DNA of 49,657 nt, from positions 1 through 49,657 of the forward strand of contig JBQCGJ010000111.1 of the NCBI GenBank assembly GCA_051955775.1, written 5' to 3'. Below, piece by piece: positions 41,173-49,435 of the stretch; position 1 is the first letter of the stretch; each line of letters starts with the position of its first letter. The notes beneath the pieces were generated by a model. That model worked only from the letters and a program-made list of their open reading frames with translations. It did not search any database and was not told the origin of the DNA. Position numbers and translations under genes: made by a program. This DNA comes from Gaiellales bacterium. Its GTDB lineage: Bacteria; Actinomycetota; Thermoleophilia; Gaiellales; JAICJC01.

Positions 41173-42048
41173 CTACGCGTTGTCCAGAACCACGAGCTCG
41201 AGACCCGACAGCACGTCCGGGTCGGCAATCAGGTCGACGGCGGTGATGCGGTCGCCGCTCGTGCTGAACCGGTAGACGACGCGCAACTGGCCGTCCTGCA
41301 CCCACACGGCTGCGGCCGCCCCGGCCAGCAGGGCGGGTTTCGCTCCGCGGGCATACCGCAGGAATCCACCCACAGCCTCCGCCCCCCGGGTCTCGACGGC
41401 CGCCCCCAGCTCCACGGCCCGCCGGTCGGCCCGCAGCACCACATCGGGATCGAGCAGCGCGAGCAGCGCCTCGAAGTCGCCGTTGCGAGCAGCCACCAGG
41501 AAGGCGTCGACCAGCTCGGCCTGACGCACCCGGTCGGGCTCACCGGCGGCGTCGTGGTGCTGCACGCGCGCACGTGCGCGGCTCGCCAGCTGCCGGGTCG
41601 CCGGCGTGCTGCGATCGACGATCGGGGCGATCTCGTCGAACGGCACCGCGAACACGTCGTGCAGCACGAACGCGACCCGCTCGGCGGGGGTCAGGCTGTC
41701 CAGCACGACCATCAGCGCCAGGCCGACCGAATCGGCCAGCACCGCCTGGTACTGGGGATCGGCGTCGGCCTCCTCCGCCGCCTGCTCGGGTGCGGGCTCG
41801 CCGACCGTCTGCGGCCGTGACCGGCGGGCCTGCAGCATGTTCAGGCACACGCGCGAGACGACCGTGGTCAGCCATCCGGCAAGGTTGTCCACATCGCTGG
41901 TGTCCGCACGGCTGAAGCGAAGCCAGGCGTCCTGCACCGCATCCTCCGCCTCGCCGGGCGAGCCGAGAATCCGAGCCGCGATCGCCGTCAGACGCTGCCG
42001 GTGTTCCTCGAACCGCTCGGCCGGCCAGCTGGAATCGTTCGTGGCCAC
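41173..42048 (-). CDS. ECF sigma factor, SigJ/ECF41-like (sigma-70 r2 + r4 + C-terminal SnoaL-like extension)
   Basis: Region 2 (GEAEDAVQDAWLRF), region 4 (LTPAERVAFVLHDVFAVPFDEIAPIVDRSTPATRQLASRAR) and a C-terminal NTF2/SnoaL-like part (FLVAARNGDFEALLALLDPDVVL). No adjacent anti-sigma gene. Confidence 0.85.
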   Translation of the reverse strand: MATNDSSWPAERFEEHRQRLTAIAARILGSPGEAEDAVQDAWLRFSRADTSDVDNLAGWLTTVVSRVCLNMLQARRSRPQTVGEPAPEQAAEEADADPQYQAVLADSVGLALMVVLDSLTPAERVAFVLHDVFAVPFDEIAPIVDRSTPATRQLASRARARVQHHDAAGEPDRVRQAELVDAFLVAARNGDFEALLALLDPDVVLRADRRAVELGAAVETRGAEAVGGFLRYARGAKPALLAGAAAAVWVQDGQLRVVYRFSTSGDRITAVDLIADPDVLSGLELVVLDNA

Positions 42049-42132
42049 GCTCTCCTCCCTTCGTGGTCACCACGATGACCGCTCACACAGCCGAAGTGTG
42101 ACGGAGATAGCGACTGGACCGGCCAGGCGCCG

Positions 42133-42150
42133 GAATCGGGGCCAGGCCCC
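42133..42150. repeat. Copy of 18-nt intergenic repeat GAATCGGGGCCAGGCCCC
   Basis: An identical 18-mer occurs in inverted orientation at 46511-46528, and its GGGGCCAGGCCCC core also occurs at 46423-46435. Confidence 0.6.
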
Positions 42151-42195
42151 CGGGGCCCGGCCCTGAGGAGCGCCCGGTAGGCGCAGCGGCGCTGC

Positions 42196-42603
42196 TCAGG
42201 CGGCGGACAGCAGGTTGAGCTGCCAGGACACTCCGAAGCGATCGTTCAGCCACGCGAACCGCGGGCTGAAGTCGTACTCCTGAAGCGGCATCAGGATCGC
42301 CCCGCCGTCGGCCAGCAGCGCGAAGGCCCGGTCGAGCTCGCCGGCGTCGTCGAAGTCGACGGTCAGCGAGATCGCCGGGGTGAACGTGAAGCGGTGGTCC
42401 GCCGCGCTGTCCATGGCCACCAGGTCGCGGCCGGCCACGGTGAACCACGCCCGCCTGACGCCGCGCTCCTGGGCGTCCGGCGCGAACCGCTCGATCTCCA
42501 CGATGCGGGCGTCGTCGAACGCCGACACGTACAGCTCCATCGCCTCCTCGGCCCTCCCGCACTGGTCGCCCACGAACATCAGACAGGTGGCGATGCGCTG
42601 CAC
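42196..42603 (-). CDS. VOC-superfamily protein (PhnB / 3-demethylubiquinone-9 3-methyltransferase-domain-like)
   Basis: MQRIATCLMFVGDQCGRAEEAMELYVSAF...DRFGVSWQLNL is typical of this small family. Confidence 0.8.
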   Translation of the reverse strand: MQRIATCLMFVGDQCGRAEEAMELYVSAFDDARIVEIERFAPDAQERGVRRAWFTVAGRDLVAMDSAADHRFTFTPAISLTVDFDDAGELDRAFALLADGGAILMPLQEYDFSPRFAWLNDRFGVSWQLNLLSAA

Positions 42604-42673
42604 GGCTCGTCCTCCTTCGTCACATTCCTCCGCCGCGGTGGGTCATGGGACCACACGCGAAAAGGAGGACACG

Positions 42674-43645
42674 ATGAGAGTGTTCGTCGCCGGAGCGAGC
42701 GGGGCCATCGGCTCCACGCTCGTCCCGCAACTCATCCAGCATGGTCACGATGTGACCGGAACATACAGGTCGCCGGGAAATCGGGAACGGGTCGCGGCCA
42801 TGGGCGCGAGGCCGGTCGCGCTCGACCTGCTCGACACGCGGGCAGTCCGCGAGGCGGTGCTCGAGGCGCGCCCCGAGGCGATCGTGCATCAGGCCACCGC
42901 ACTCGCGAACATGAAGTGGTCGAGGAAGCTCGACCGCGCGTTTGCCGCCACCAACCGGCTGCGCACGGAGGGCACCGACGCGCTGCTGGCTGCGGCCAAG
43001 GAGGCGGGGGTGCGGCGGTTCGTCGCGCAGAGCTTCGCCAGCCTGCGGTACATCCGCGACGGCGGCCCGGTGAAGACCGAGGACGACCCGCTCGACCCCA
43101 ACCCGCCGCGCGGGTCGGAGCAGAGCAACGCAGCCATGCGCCACCTCGAGGACGCCGTGACGACCGCGAACGGTGTCGCCCTCCGGTACGGCGGCTTCTA
43201 CGGCGCCGACAGCGACGCCCTGCCGGCGATGATCCGCAAGCGGCAGTTCCCGATCGTCGGCAACGGCGGCGGCGTGTGGTCGTTCATTCACCTCGAGGAC
43301 GCCGCGGCCGCGACCGTGCTCGCGCTGGAGCGCAGCGCCGAGGGCATCTACAACATCGTGGACGACGAGCCCGCCCCGGTGCGGGACTGGCTGCCGTATG
43401 CATCGGACATCCTCGGCGCCAAGCCGCCGCGACACTTCCCGCTGTGGATCGCACGGCTGGCGGCAGGCGAGGGTGCGGCGATCATGGGCGTCGAGGCGCG
43501 CGGCGCGTCGAACGCCAAGGCCAAGCGCGAGCTCGGCTGGACGCTGCGCTATCCGAGCTGGCGGGAGGGCTTCCGGGCGGTGTACGGGACGAGTACCGAC
43601 GCCGGACGGCCGCTGCCGAGATTGAGCCGGTCGCCGGCCGGGTAG
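42674..43645 (+). CDS. NAD(P)-dependent epimerase/dehydratase (extended SDR)
   Basis: MRVFVAGASGAIGSTLVPQL Rossmann motif. An AAAGGAGG Shine-Dalgarno sequence precedes the ATG at 42674. The track ORF N-terminal extension was rejected. Confidence 0.85.
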   Translation: MRVFVAGASGAIGSTLVPQLIQHGHDVTGTYRSPGNRERVAAMGARPVALDLLDTRAVREAVLEARPEAIVHQATALANMKWSRKLDRAFAATNRLRTEGTDALLAAAKEAGVRRFVAQSFASLRYIRDGGPVKTEDDPLDPNPPRGSEQSNAAMRHLEDAVTTANGVALRYGGFYGADSDALPAMIRKRQFPIVGNGGGVWSFIHLEDAAAATVLALERSAEGIYNIVDDEPAPVRDWLPYASDILGAKPPRHFPLWIARLAAGEGAAIMGVEARGASNAKAKRELGWTLRYPSWREGFRAVYGTSTDAGRPLPRLSRSPAG

Positions 43646-43685
43646 CCAGTGGGCACTCGACGTCCCGCCAGAAGGAGGAACCGCC

Positions 43686-44198
43686 ATGCCGGCCAAGGTC
43701 AGCGATCCCCATGAACTGTTCGTCCATGAACTTCGGACGGCGTTGGGCATGGAGCGACAGATCATCGCCATGCTGCCCACGATGAAGCGAGAGGTGCACG
43801 ATCCCGAGCTGAGCCAGGCCATCGAGCGTCACCTGGCAGAGACTCGCACGCACGCCGAGCGCCTGGAGCAGGCGCTCCAGCAGCTCGGCGAGCCTGGCGG
43901 CGCCACTCCCTCCAAGGCCCTCGAGGGACTGGAACTCGATCACAAGACGTTTGCTGGCCAGGCAGCGGACGACATCACGACGGATGTGCTCGACCTGGAG
44001 GCGATCGGCGCCGCGGGCCGCGTCGAGCATCTCGAGATCGCGGCCTACGAGTCGCTGATCAGCCTGTCCGAGGCCGTCGGTCAGGCACAACTCGTGCCGC
44101 TTCTGCGGAGCACGCTGCGCGAGGAGGAGCGGATGCTCGCCACCGGCGCGAAGATCAGCGAGCGGATCGGCCGGGCGCCCGCCGGATCCACGCGATAG
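43686..44198 (+). CDS. DUF892 / YciE-YciF ferritin-like protein
   Basis: ELFVHELRTALGMERQIIAMLPTM...HLAETRTHAERLEQAL...HLEIAAYESLISL pattern. Confidence 0.85.
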   Translation: MPAKVSDPHELFVHELRTALGMERQIIAMLPTMKREVHDPELSQAIERHLAETRTHAERLEQALQQLGEPGGATPSKALEGLELDHKTFAGQAADDITTDVLDLEAIGAAGRVEHLEIAAYESLISLSEAVGQAQLVPLLRSTLREEERMLATGAKISERIGRAPAGSTR

Positions 44199-44220
44199 AC
44201 GGGCAGGAGCCCTTCCCAGG

Positions 44221-44778
44221 ATGCCGCGCGACGCTCTGCTCCTGATCGACCTGTTCACGGACTTCGATCCGTCAGGCGCAGGGCGTCTCGCGGAGAGCCT
44301 GGTCGACGCGGCGCCGCACATCCGCCGTGCGATCGACCACGCGCACACCCATCGGCTGCCGGTGATCTACGTGAGCGACGCCGGCGGCGACTGGAGCGGC
44401 GAGCGTTCGGCGTTCGTCGAACGGGCCATGCACAGCGCACCGGCCGCCCTGGCCGACCTGGTGCCCACGCCGGGCGACGCGTTCCTGTACAAGCCCGGCT
44501 ACTCCGCGTTCCGGTACACCGCCCTCGAGATGGTGCTCAGCGAGGGTGGCGTCGAGCGGGTGATGCTGGCCGGTGCCGCCACGGAGATGTGCATCACGCA
44601 GAGTGCCATCGATGCCCGGGAGACGGGGCTGAAGGTGACCGTCCTGCGCGACGCGTGCGCGCATCAGGACCCCGACCTCGCGGAGATCAGCCTGCGCTAT
44701 CTGAGCGAGATCGCCGGGGCGTTCGTCTCGGACGTCGAGGAGTGGCTGGCCGAGAGCCTGACCGGCACGCGCCGGTAG
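44221..44778 (+). CDS. Isochorismatase-family cysteine hydrolase
   Basis: ALLLIDLFTDF..., KPGYSAFRYTALEMVL..., LAGAATEMCITQSAIDA (catalytic Cys context). Confidence 0.85.
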   Translation: MPRDALLLIDLFTDFDPSGAGRLAESLVDAAPHIRRAIDHAHTHRLPVIYVSDAGGDWSGERSAFVERAMHSAPAALADLVPTPGDAFLYKPGYSAFRYTALEMVLSEGGVERVMLAGAATEMCITQSAIDARETGLKVTVLRDACAHQDPDLAEISLRYLSEIAGAFVSDVEEWLAESLTGTRR

Positions 44779-44799
44779 GGCGGCGCCCCCGCCCGGCTG

Positions 44800-45036
44800 T
44801 CATGCCCACCACAGGCCACCGGCCAGCACCATCACCCACACCACGACGCCGACCACGGGCCACGCGGCCGAGGGAACCCGCCGATGCGCATCCGCCGGCG
44901 CCTCGATCTGGTGGACGTGGACATCCGCGAGATGCGGCGGCGCGTCCGTGAACTCCACGCCGCCGCAGATCGGGCACCGCGCCGGCGTCCAGCCGGTCGT
45001 CCGAAACTCCCCGCACCGCCTGCAAACCCGATCCAC
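44800..45036 (-). CDS. Small zinc-ribbon + C-terminal TM protein
   Basis: CRRCGEF...CPICGG zinc ribbon, then WPVVGVVVWVMVLAGGLWWA. The GTG start at 45034-45036 is preceded by the purine-rich GGGAGGGTAGGGGGG. Confidence 0.5.
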   Translation of the reverse strand: MDRVCRRCGEFRTTGWTPARCPICGGVEFTDAPPHLADVHVHQIEAPADAHRRVPSAAWPVVGVVVWVMVLAGGLWWA

Positions 45037-45144
45037 GCCCCCTACCCTCCCGTCGCTCGATCACGTCAATCGTACGAGCCGATGGAAGACCCACAAGATG
45101 CGGTCCTGAAGATCTCTGCGTTGCAGGGCGATCGGCACCATGAT

Positions 45145-45189
45145 AGGGTGTCAGACATCAGACATTCGCCACCGAGAGGGTGTCAGACA
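45145..45189. promoter_or_regulatory. Direct repeat AGGGTGTCAGACA x2 (operator candidate) in divergent promoter region
   Basis: An identical 13-mer occurs at 45145-45157 and 45177-45189 (32-nt period), 15-30 nt upstream of the STAS gene start. It shares the GGTGTCAGACA core with the palindrome at 12156-12196. Confidence 0.4.
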
Positions 45190-45203
45190 GACCCTAGATT
45201 GGG

Positions 45204-45551
45204 ATGGGACGGGCCGAAATGAACACGCGGTACTCGAACAACCCCTTGTTCCAGGCGGTGCCCCTCCAGCGGGGGCGCGGCCTTCGACTGGTTGGAGAGC
45301 TCGATCTGTCCACGGTGGGCGATCTGCGCGGGATGCTGGCCACGCTACCCCACGGCGCCGACGTGGTCACGCTCGACCTCGCTGACCTCTCTTTCATGGA
45401 CTCGAGCGGGCTGCGCGCAGTCGTGGAATACGCGGGAACGCTGAACGGCGCGGGACCGCTCGTGCTGGACAACGTGCCTGGACACATCCGCCGGCTGCTG
45501 GCGCTCACCGGCGTCGACGGAACACCCCACATCGAGGTTCGCGAGGCCTGA
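45204..45551 (+). CDS. STAS-domain anti-sigma-factor antagonist
   Basis: LRLVGELDLSTVGDLRGML...VVTLDLADLSFMDSSGLRAVV is the STAS/SpoIIAA pattern with the conserved Ser in DSSG. The ATG at 45219 is an alternative start. Confidence 0.8.
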   Translation: MGRAEMNTRYSNNPLFQAVPLQRGRGLRLVGELDLSTVGDLRGMLATLPHGADVVTLDLADLSFMDSSGLRAVVEYAGTLNGAGPLVLDNVPGHIRRLLALTGVDGTPHIEVREA

Positions 45552-45553
45552 GA

Positions 45554-46387
45554 GTGGCTGAGGTGGTCTCCCTTGGGGATCGGCTGAAGCAGCGCCGAGC
45601 GGAACTCGGGCTGAGCCAGGCGCAGGCCGCGCGGGAGCTTGACGTCGCGCGCACCGCCTATCGGTTGTGGGAGATGGAGGTCGCGAGGCCGGCCCCCGAT
45701 CGCTGGCGGCTGCTGTCTCGATGGCTCGGCATCTCGGTCACCACGATGCTGCTCGCGGATGAGCTGATCTCGGAAGCGGAGGCCGCGGCGAGCGGGATCA
45801 CCGAGGCGCGGTTCGGCAGCACAGGACGGGACTGGGACACGGTTGGCGCCGCCGGTCAGGGCGACTTCTTCCAGCAGGGTCGTGCACTGATCGAGGACGG
45901 CGTCGGCTCCGGGTCGATCAGCCCTGCACAGGCGGACGAGCTGCGCGTCGTGCTCGCACGGCTGGAGGCCGAGCGCCGGCGCGTCGCTACCGTGGAGTGG
46001 GCGGCGGGTGAGCTGCGAAAGGCATTCCCGGCGAATCAGCGGACGCCCAGCGCTGCCCGCGAGGCCGTCCTGCTGATCGCGGCCGACATCCCCATCGACG
46101 CACTCGAAACCGCCCGCCTGCTCACCAGCGAGCTCGTCACCAACAGCGTCAAGTACGGCCCGCCCGCGCCGGCGAGCATCGACCTCTTCATCCAGGTCTC
46201 GCGCGACCGCATCCGCGTCGAGGTCTCGGATGCGGCGGACGCAACGCCGCAGCTGCGACAGCCCGACAACAACGGCGGCTATGGCCTCACGCTGGTCGAG
46301 GCGCTCTCCACCCGATGGGCCACCATCCGAGAGCACGATCACAACCTCACCTGGTTCGAGCTCGATCTCCCATCACCCGGCGCGTAA
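45554..46387 (+). CDS. Fusion protein: XRE-type HTH + RsbW/SpoIIAB-like HATPase (anti-sigma serine kinase-like) domain
   Basis: N-terminus LGDRLKQRRAELGLSQAQAARELDVARTAYRLWEME (Cro/C1 HTH). C-terminus ARLLTSELVTNSVKYG...RIRVEVSD...GGYGLTLVEALSTRW (HATPase_c_2-like). GTG start 2 nt after the STAS stop. Confidence 0.8.
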   Translation: MAEVVSLGDRLKQRRAELGLSQAQAARELDVARTAYRLWEMEVARPAPDRWRLLSRWLGISVTTMLLADELISEAEAAASGITEARFGSTGRDWDTVGAAGQGDFFQQGRALIEDGVGSGSISPAQADELRVVLARLEAERRRVATVEWAAGELRKAFPANQRTPSAAREAVLLIAADIPIDALETARLLTSELVTNSVKYGPPAPASIDLFIQVSRDRIRVEVSDAADATPQLRQPDNNGGYGLTLVEALSTRWATIREHDHNLTWFELDLPSPGA

Positions 46388-46422
46388 CGATCCCGGAACG
46401 CTCGCCGGCCGCGGGCCCACCC

Positions 46423-46528
46423 AGGGGCCAGGCCCCGGTTCTTCGGCGTCCAAAAAGCGGTGTCAGGCACCGTCACAAACCCCGTGACGGATGCCAGACA
46501 CTTCCGCAACGGGGCCTGGCCCCGATTC
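46423..46528. repeat. Nested palindromic intergenic element (REP/MITE-like)
   Basis: The outer 13-bp inverted repeat is GGGGCCAGGCCCC (46423-46435) and GGGGCCTGGCCCC (46511-46523). The inner imperfect palindrome is GTGTCAGGCACCGTCAC...GTGACGGATGCCAGACAC (about 46459-46498), homologous to 12157-12196 including the AAAGCGGTGTCAG lead-in. Confidence 0.55.
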
Positions 46529-46557
46529 GCGGCGGCTGACCGGCAGCGGCTGGCAGA

Positions 46558-47139
46558 ATGTCGCCGGTGGCGAAGACGCAGTACTTCACGGCGACCAGCA
46601 TGGACGGGTTCATCGCCGACCAGCAGAACTCGCTCGACTGGCTGTTCGAGGTCGAGCGCGACGAGTCGGCGGCCGACACCTCCTTCTCCGGTTTCTTCGC
46701 GGGCCTCGGTGCGATGGCGATGGGCCGCACGACGTACGAATGGGTGCTGGAGCATGAGCAACTGCTCGAGAATCCAGACAAGTGGCGCGGCTACTACGGC
46801 GACACCCCGTGCTGGGTGTTCACGCACCGAGACCTGCCGCCCATTCCCGGGGTGAGCGTGTCGTTCGTGCACGGCGACGTGGCCCCGGTGCACGAGGAGA
46901 TGACGCGGGCCGCGGGCGGGAAGAACATCTGGCTGGCCGGCGGCGGCGACCTGGTCGGGCAGTTCGCGGATGCGGGCCTGCTGGACGAGATCCTGCTCCA
47001 CCTCGCGCCGGTCACTCTGGGAGGCGGCGCGCCGCTGCTGCCCCGGCGGCTGACCTCGTCACGGCTAGAGCTGACCGACGTCGCGCGCGACCGGCAGTTC
47101 GTGCGGATCACCTACAGCGTCCGCCGCAGCGCGGGCTGA
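46558..47139 (+). CDS. Dihydrofolate-reductase-family (RibD C-terminal domain) protein
   Basis: TQYFTATSMDGFIAD...MGRTTYEW...IWLAGGGDLVGQF...LDEILLHLAPVTLGGG pattern. Confidence 0.85.
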   Translation: MSPVAKTQYFTATSMDGFIADQQNSLDWLFEVERDESAADTSFSGFFAGLGAMAMGRTTYEWVLEHEQLLENPDKWRGYYGDTPCWVFTHRDLPPIPGVSVSFVHGDVAPVHEEMTRAAGGKNIWLAGGGDLVGQFADAGLLDEILLHLAPVTLGGGAPLLPRRLTSSRLELTDVARDRQFVRITYSVRRSAG

Positions 47140-47150
47140 GGGACGCGAGA

Positions 47151-47627
47151 GTGAACGTCCCAGCCGACGGTGGCTGCTCATGCGGCGAGATCCGCTACCG
47201 GCTCACCTCCGAGCCTCTGGTCGTGCACTGCTGCCACTGCCTCAACTGCCAGCGCCAGACCGGCAGTGCATTCGTCATCAACGTGCTGATCGAGACCGAC
47301 CGCGTGGAGCTCCTGTCAGGCGAGCCGCGCCCGGTCGACGTCCCGCGCGACGACGGCACAGCGCAGAAGATCTACCGGTGCCCAACCTGCCAGATCGCGG
47401 TCTACAGCGACTACGGGCGGCCGGACGTCCGGTTCGTCCGGGCCGGCACGCTGGACGACCCGTCGCAGGTGACGCCGGACGTCCACATCTTCACCCGCTC
47501 GAAGCTCCCCTGGATCACGCTGCCCGAGCCGGCACCCGCGTTCGAGGTGTATTACGACCGCAACGCCGTGTGGACGCGCGAGAGCCTCGACCGTATCGAA
47601 GCAGTCGAGCGCGCGGCCCGAGGCTGA
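47151..47627 (+). CDS. GFA-family (glutathione-dependent formaldehyde-activating / CENP-V-like) protein
   Basis: CSCGEIRY...CHCLNCQRQTGSAF...CPTCQ zinc-binding Cys pattern. GTG at 47151. The track ORF extension back to 46782 overlaps the DHFR-like gene and was rejected. Confidence 0.85.
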   Translation: MNVPADGGCSCGEIRYRLTSEPLVVHCCHCLNCQRQTGSAFVINVLIETDRVELLSGEPRPVDVPRDDGTAQKIYRCPTCQIAVYSDYGRPDVRFVRAGTLDDPSQVTPDVHIFTRSKLPWITLPEPAPAFEVYYDRNAVWTRESLDRIEAVERAARG

Positions 47628-49322
47628 CTACCTGCTCCGCTGGTCGAGCTCGGCCAGGCGGACGTGCGCGAGCTGGACGGCGATGCTGCCGGAGCCGACT
47701 GCCGAGGCCACCCGCTTCACGGCTCCGTGGCGGACGTCGCCGGCGGCGAACACGCCCGGCAGGCTGGTCTCCTGGAGCATGGGCGGCCGCTGCAGGGCCC
47801 AGCTGCCGTCGCGCCCGGCGATGTCGGCGCCGGTCAGCACGTATCCCAGCTCGTCGCGGGCCACCGCGCAGTGCAGCCAGTCCGTGTGCGGATCCGCTCC
47901 GATCATCACGTACAGCGCATCCGCCTCGACCTGCTCGGTCGAGCCGGCGGCGTTGTCGCGCAGGGTCAGCCCTGTCAGCCGTGTGTGGCCGGCCACCCCG
48001 ATCACCTCGGTGCGCAGGCACAGGCGGATGTTCGGGATGTCCTCCAGCGCGCGCACGAGATAGTCCGACATGCTCGTCCCGAGCCGGTCACCGCGGACGA
48101 GCAGCGTCACGTCGGCCCCGGACTCGGCAAGGTGGACGGCGGCCTGACCGGCGGAGTTCCCGGCGCCCACGACGAAAGCCCGCGTCCCCGGGGCGGTGCC
48201 GGCGTCGGCCAGCGCGGCGCCGTAGAAGACGCCCGCCCCGACCAGATCATCGAGCGACGGGATGTCCAGCCGGCGCCAGGTGACGCCGGTGGCGACGATC
48301 ACGGTGCGGGCCCTGATCGCCTCCCCGCCGTCCAGCGTGAGCACATGCTGGCCGAACTCGGACGACAGACCGGTCGCACGCCGCGAGAGCACGAACCTGG
48401 CGCCGAAGAACCATGCCTGCTCCAGCGCGCGGCTGGTCAGGTCGCGGCCGGACAGCCCGGTCGGGAAGCCGAGGTAGTTGCGGATGCGTGAGCTCGTGCC
48501 GGCCTGGCCGCCGGGAAGCCCCTCGTCGATGACGACGGTCGCCAGCCCCTCCGACGCGCCGTACACGGCCGCCGCCAGCCCCGCCGGCCCACCGCCGACG
48601 ATCGCCAGGTCCCAGTCCATCGCCTCCGGCTCGGTCGAGAACCCGAGCGACTGCATGATCCGCGCCGGGGATGGGTCGGAGAGCACGGTACCGCTGGTCT
48701 GGAACTCGACGATGGGCAGGCTGGAGTCCGACAGGCCCTCGCGCAGCATCAGATCCCGCCCCTCGGCGGACGCCGGCGAGTAGATCCCGAGCGGGATCCC
48801 GACCTGCGTGAACAGCCGGCGCAGCTCGTGCGCGCGGCGCTCCCACTCGTCGCCCACGATCCGCACCACCTCCGCGGCCGGGCGCTGGGAGGCCTCCCAG
48901 TCGGACAGCACCTCCACCACCGGCAGGTACAGCCAGCGCTCCCGGGGGCCCCAGGGCACGAACAGGTACGACTCGGCCTGCCCGGTGCGCATCGCCTCCA
49001 CCGCCGGGTGGGCGTTTCGCCACTCGCCGCGTCCGAGCAGCACGATCCGCCTCGCATGCGGATGCAGGTCGCGCACCGCGCTGCGAAACTCCGCGCCGCC
49101 GCAGGCCTCGGTGTCCGCGCTGAACACTACGGCCACCGGGTTGCCGGCCTGCTGGTGGCCTTCGAGAGCGCGAAGCGCCCCCGGCGCGGCGGCGTGCGCC
49201 TCGAGCTCGTAGTGCGCCCCGAAACGCTCGCCCAGGTCGCGCTCGAGACGGCCCCGGACGTCCGCGTCGTCATGCACGATGCTGAGGATCGGCTTGGCTG
49301 GCGTGACGCTGATCCTAGCCAA
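47628..49322 (-). CDS. Thioredoxin-reductase-like FAD/NAD(P) oxidoreductase with about 230-aa N-terminal extra domain; no CxxC redox motif seen
   Basis: DLAIVGGGPAGLAAAVYGASEGL (FAD), FVVGAGNSAGQAAVHLA (NADPH), GVFAAGDVRHG (FAD 2). Where TrxR carries CATCDG, this protein reads FYGAALADAG. TTG start at 49320-49322. Confidence 0.8.
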   Translation of the reverse strand: MARISVTPAKPILSIVHDDADVRGRLERDLGERFGAHYELEAHAAAPGALRALEGHQQAGNPVAVVFSADTEACGGAEFRSAVRDLHPHARRIVLLGRGEWRNAHPAVEAMRTGQAESYLFVPWGPRERWLYLPVVEVLSDWEASQRPAAEVVRIVGDEWERRAHELRRLFTQVGIPLGIYSPASAEGRDLMLREGLSDSSLPIVEFQTSGTVLSDPSPARIMQSLGFSTEPEAMDWDLAIVGGGPAGLAAAVYGASEGLATVVIDEGLPGGQAGTSSRIRNYLGFPTGLSGRDLTSRALEQAWFFGARFVLSRRATGLSSEFGQHVLTLDGGEAIRARTVIVATGVTWRRLDIPSLDDLVGAGVFYGAALADAGTAPGTRAFVVGAGNSAGQAAVHLAESGADVTLLVRGDRLGTSMSDYLVRALEDIPNIRLCLRTEVIGVAGHTRLTGLTLRDNAAGSTEQVEADALYVMIGADPHTDWLHCAVARDELGYVLTGADIAGRDGSWALQRPPMLQETSLPGVFAAGDVRHGAVKRVASAVGSGSIAVQLAHVRLAELDQRSR

Positions 49323-49435
49323 GGTCGCGGAGCGGTTAGGCCGCCCTCAGTGCGCAGCCCGGGCCGGCGCGGCCGACCACGCTGGTCGCGGACCGCTGAT
49401 CTCACCAGACGATGACCGCGCCGGTCACGGCGCGG

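Noticed and set aside
42121-42170. GC-rich quasi-palindrome GGGCCAGGCCCCCGGGGCCCGGCCC as a terminator for the PhnB-like gene or an operator for the sigma factor gene.
   Set aside because: The arms do not pair into a plausible stem-loop (an essentially loop-less G/C run). The only solid observation is the shared 18-mer with 46511-46528, which is reported separately.
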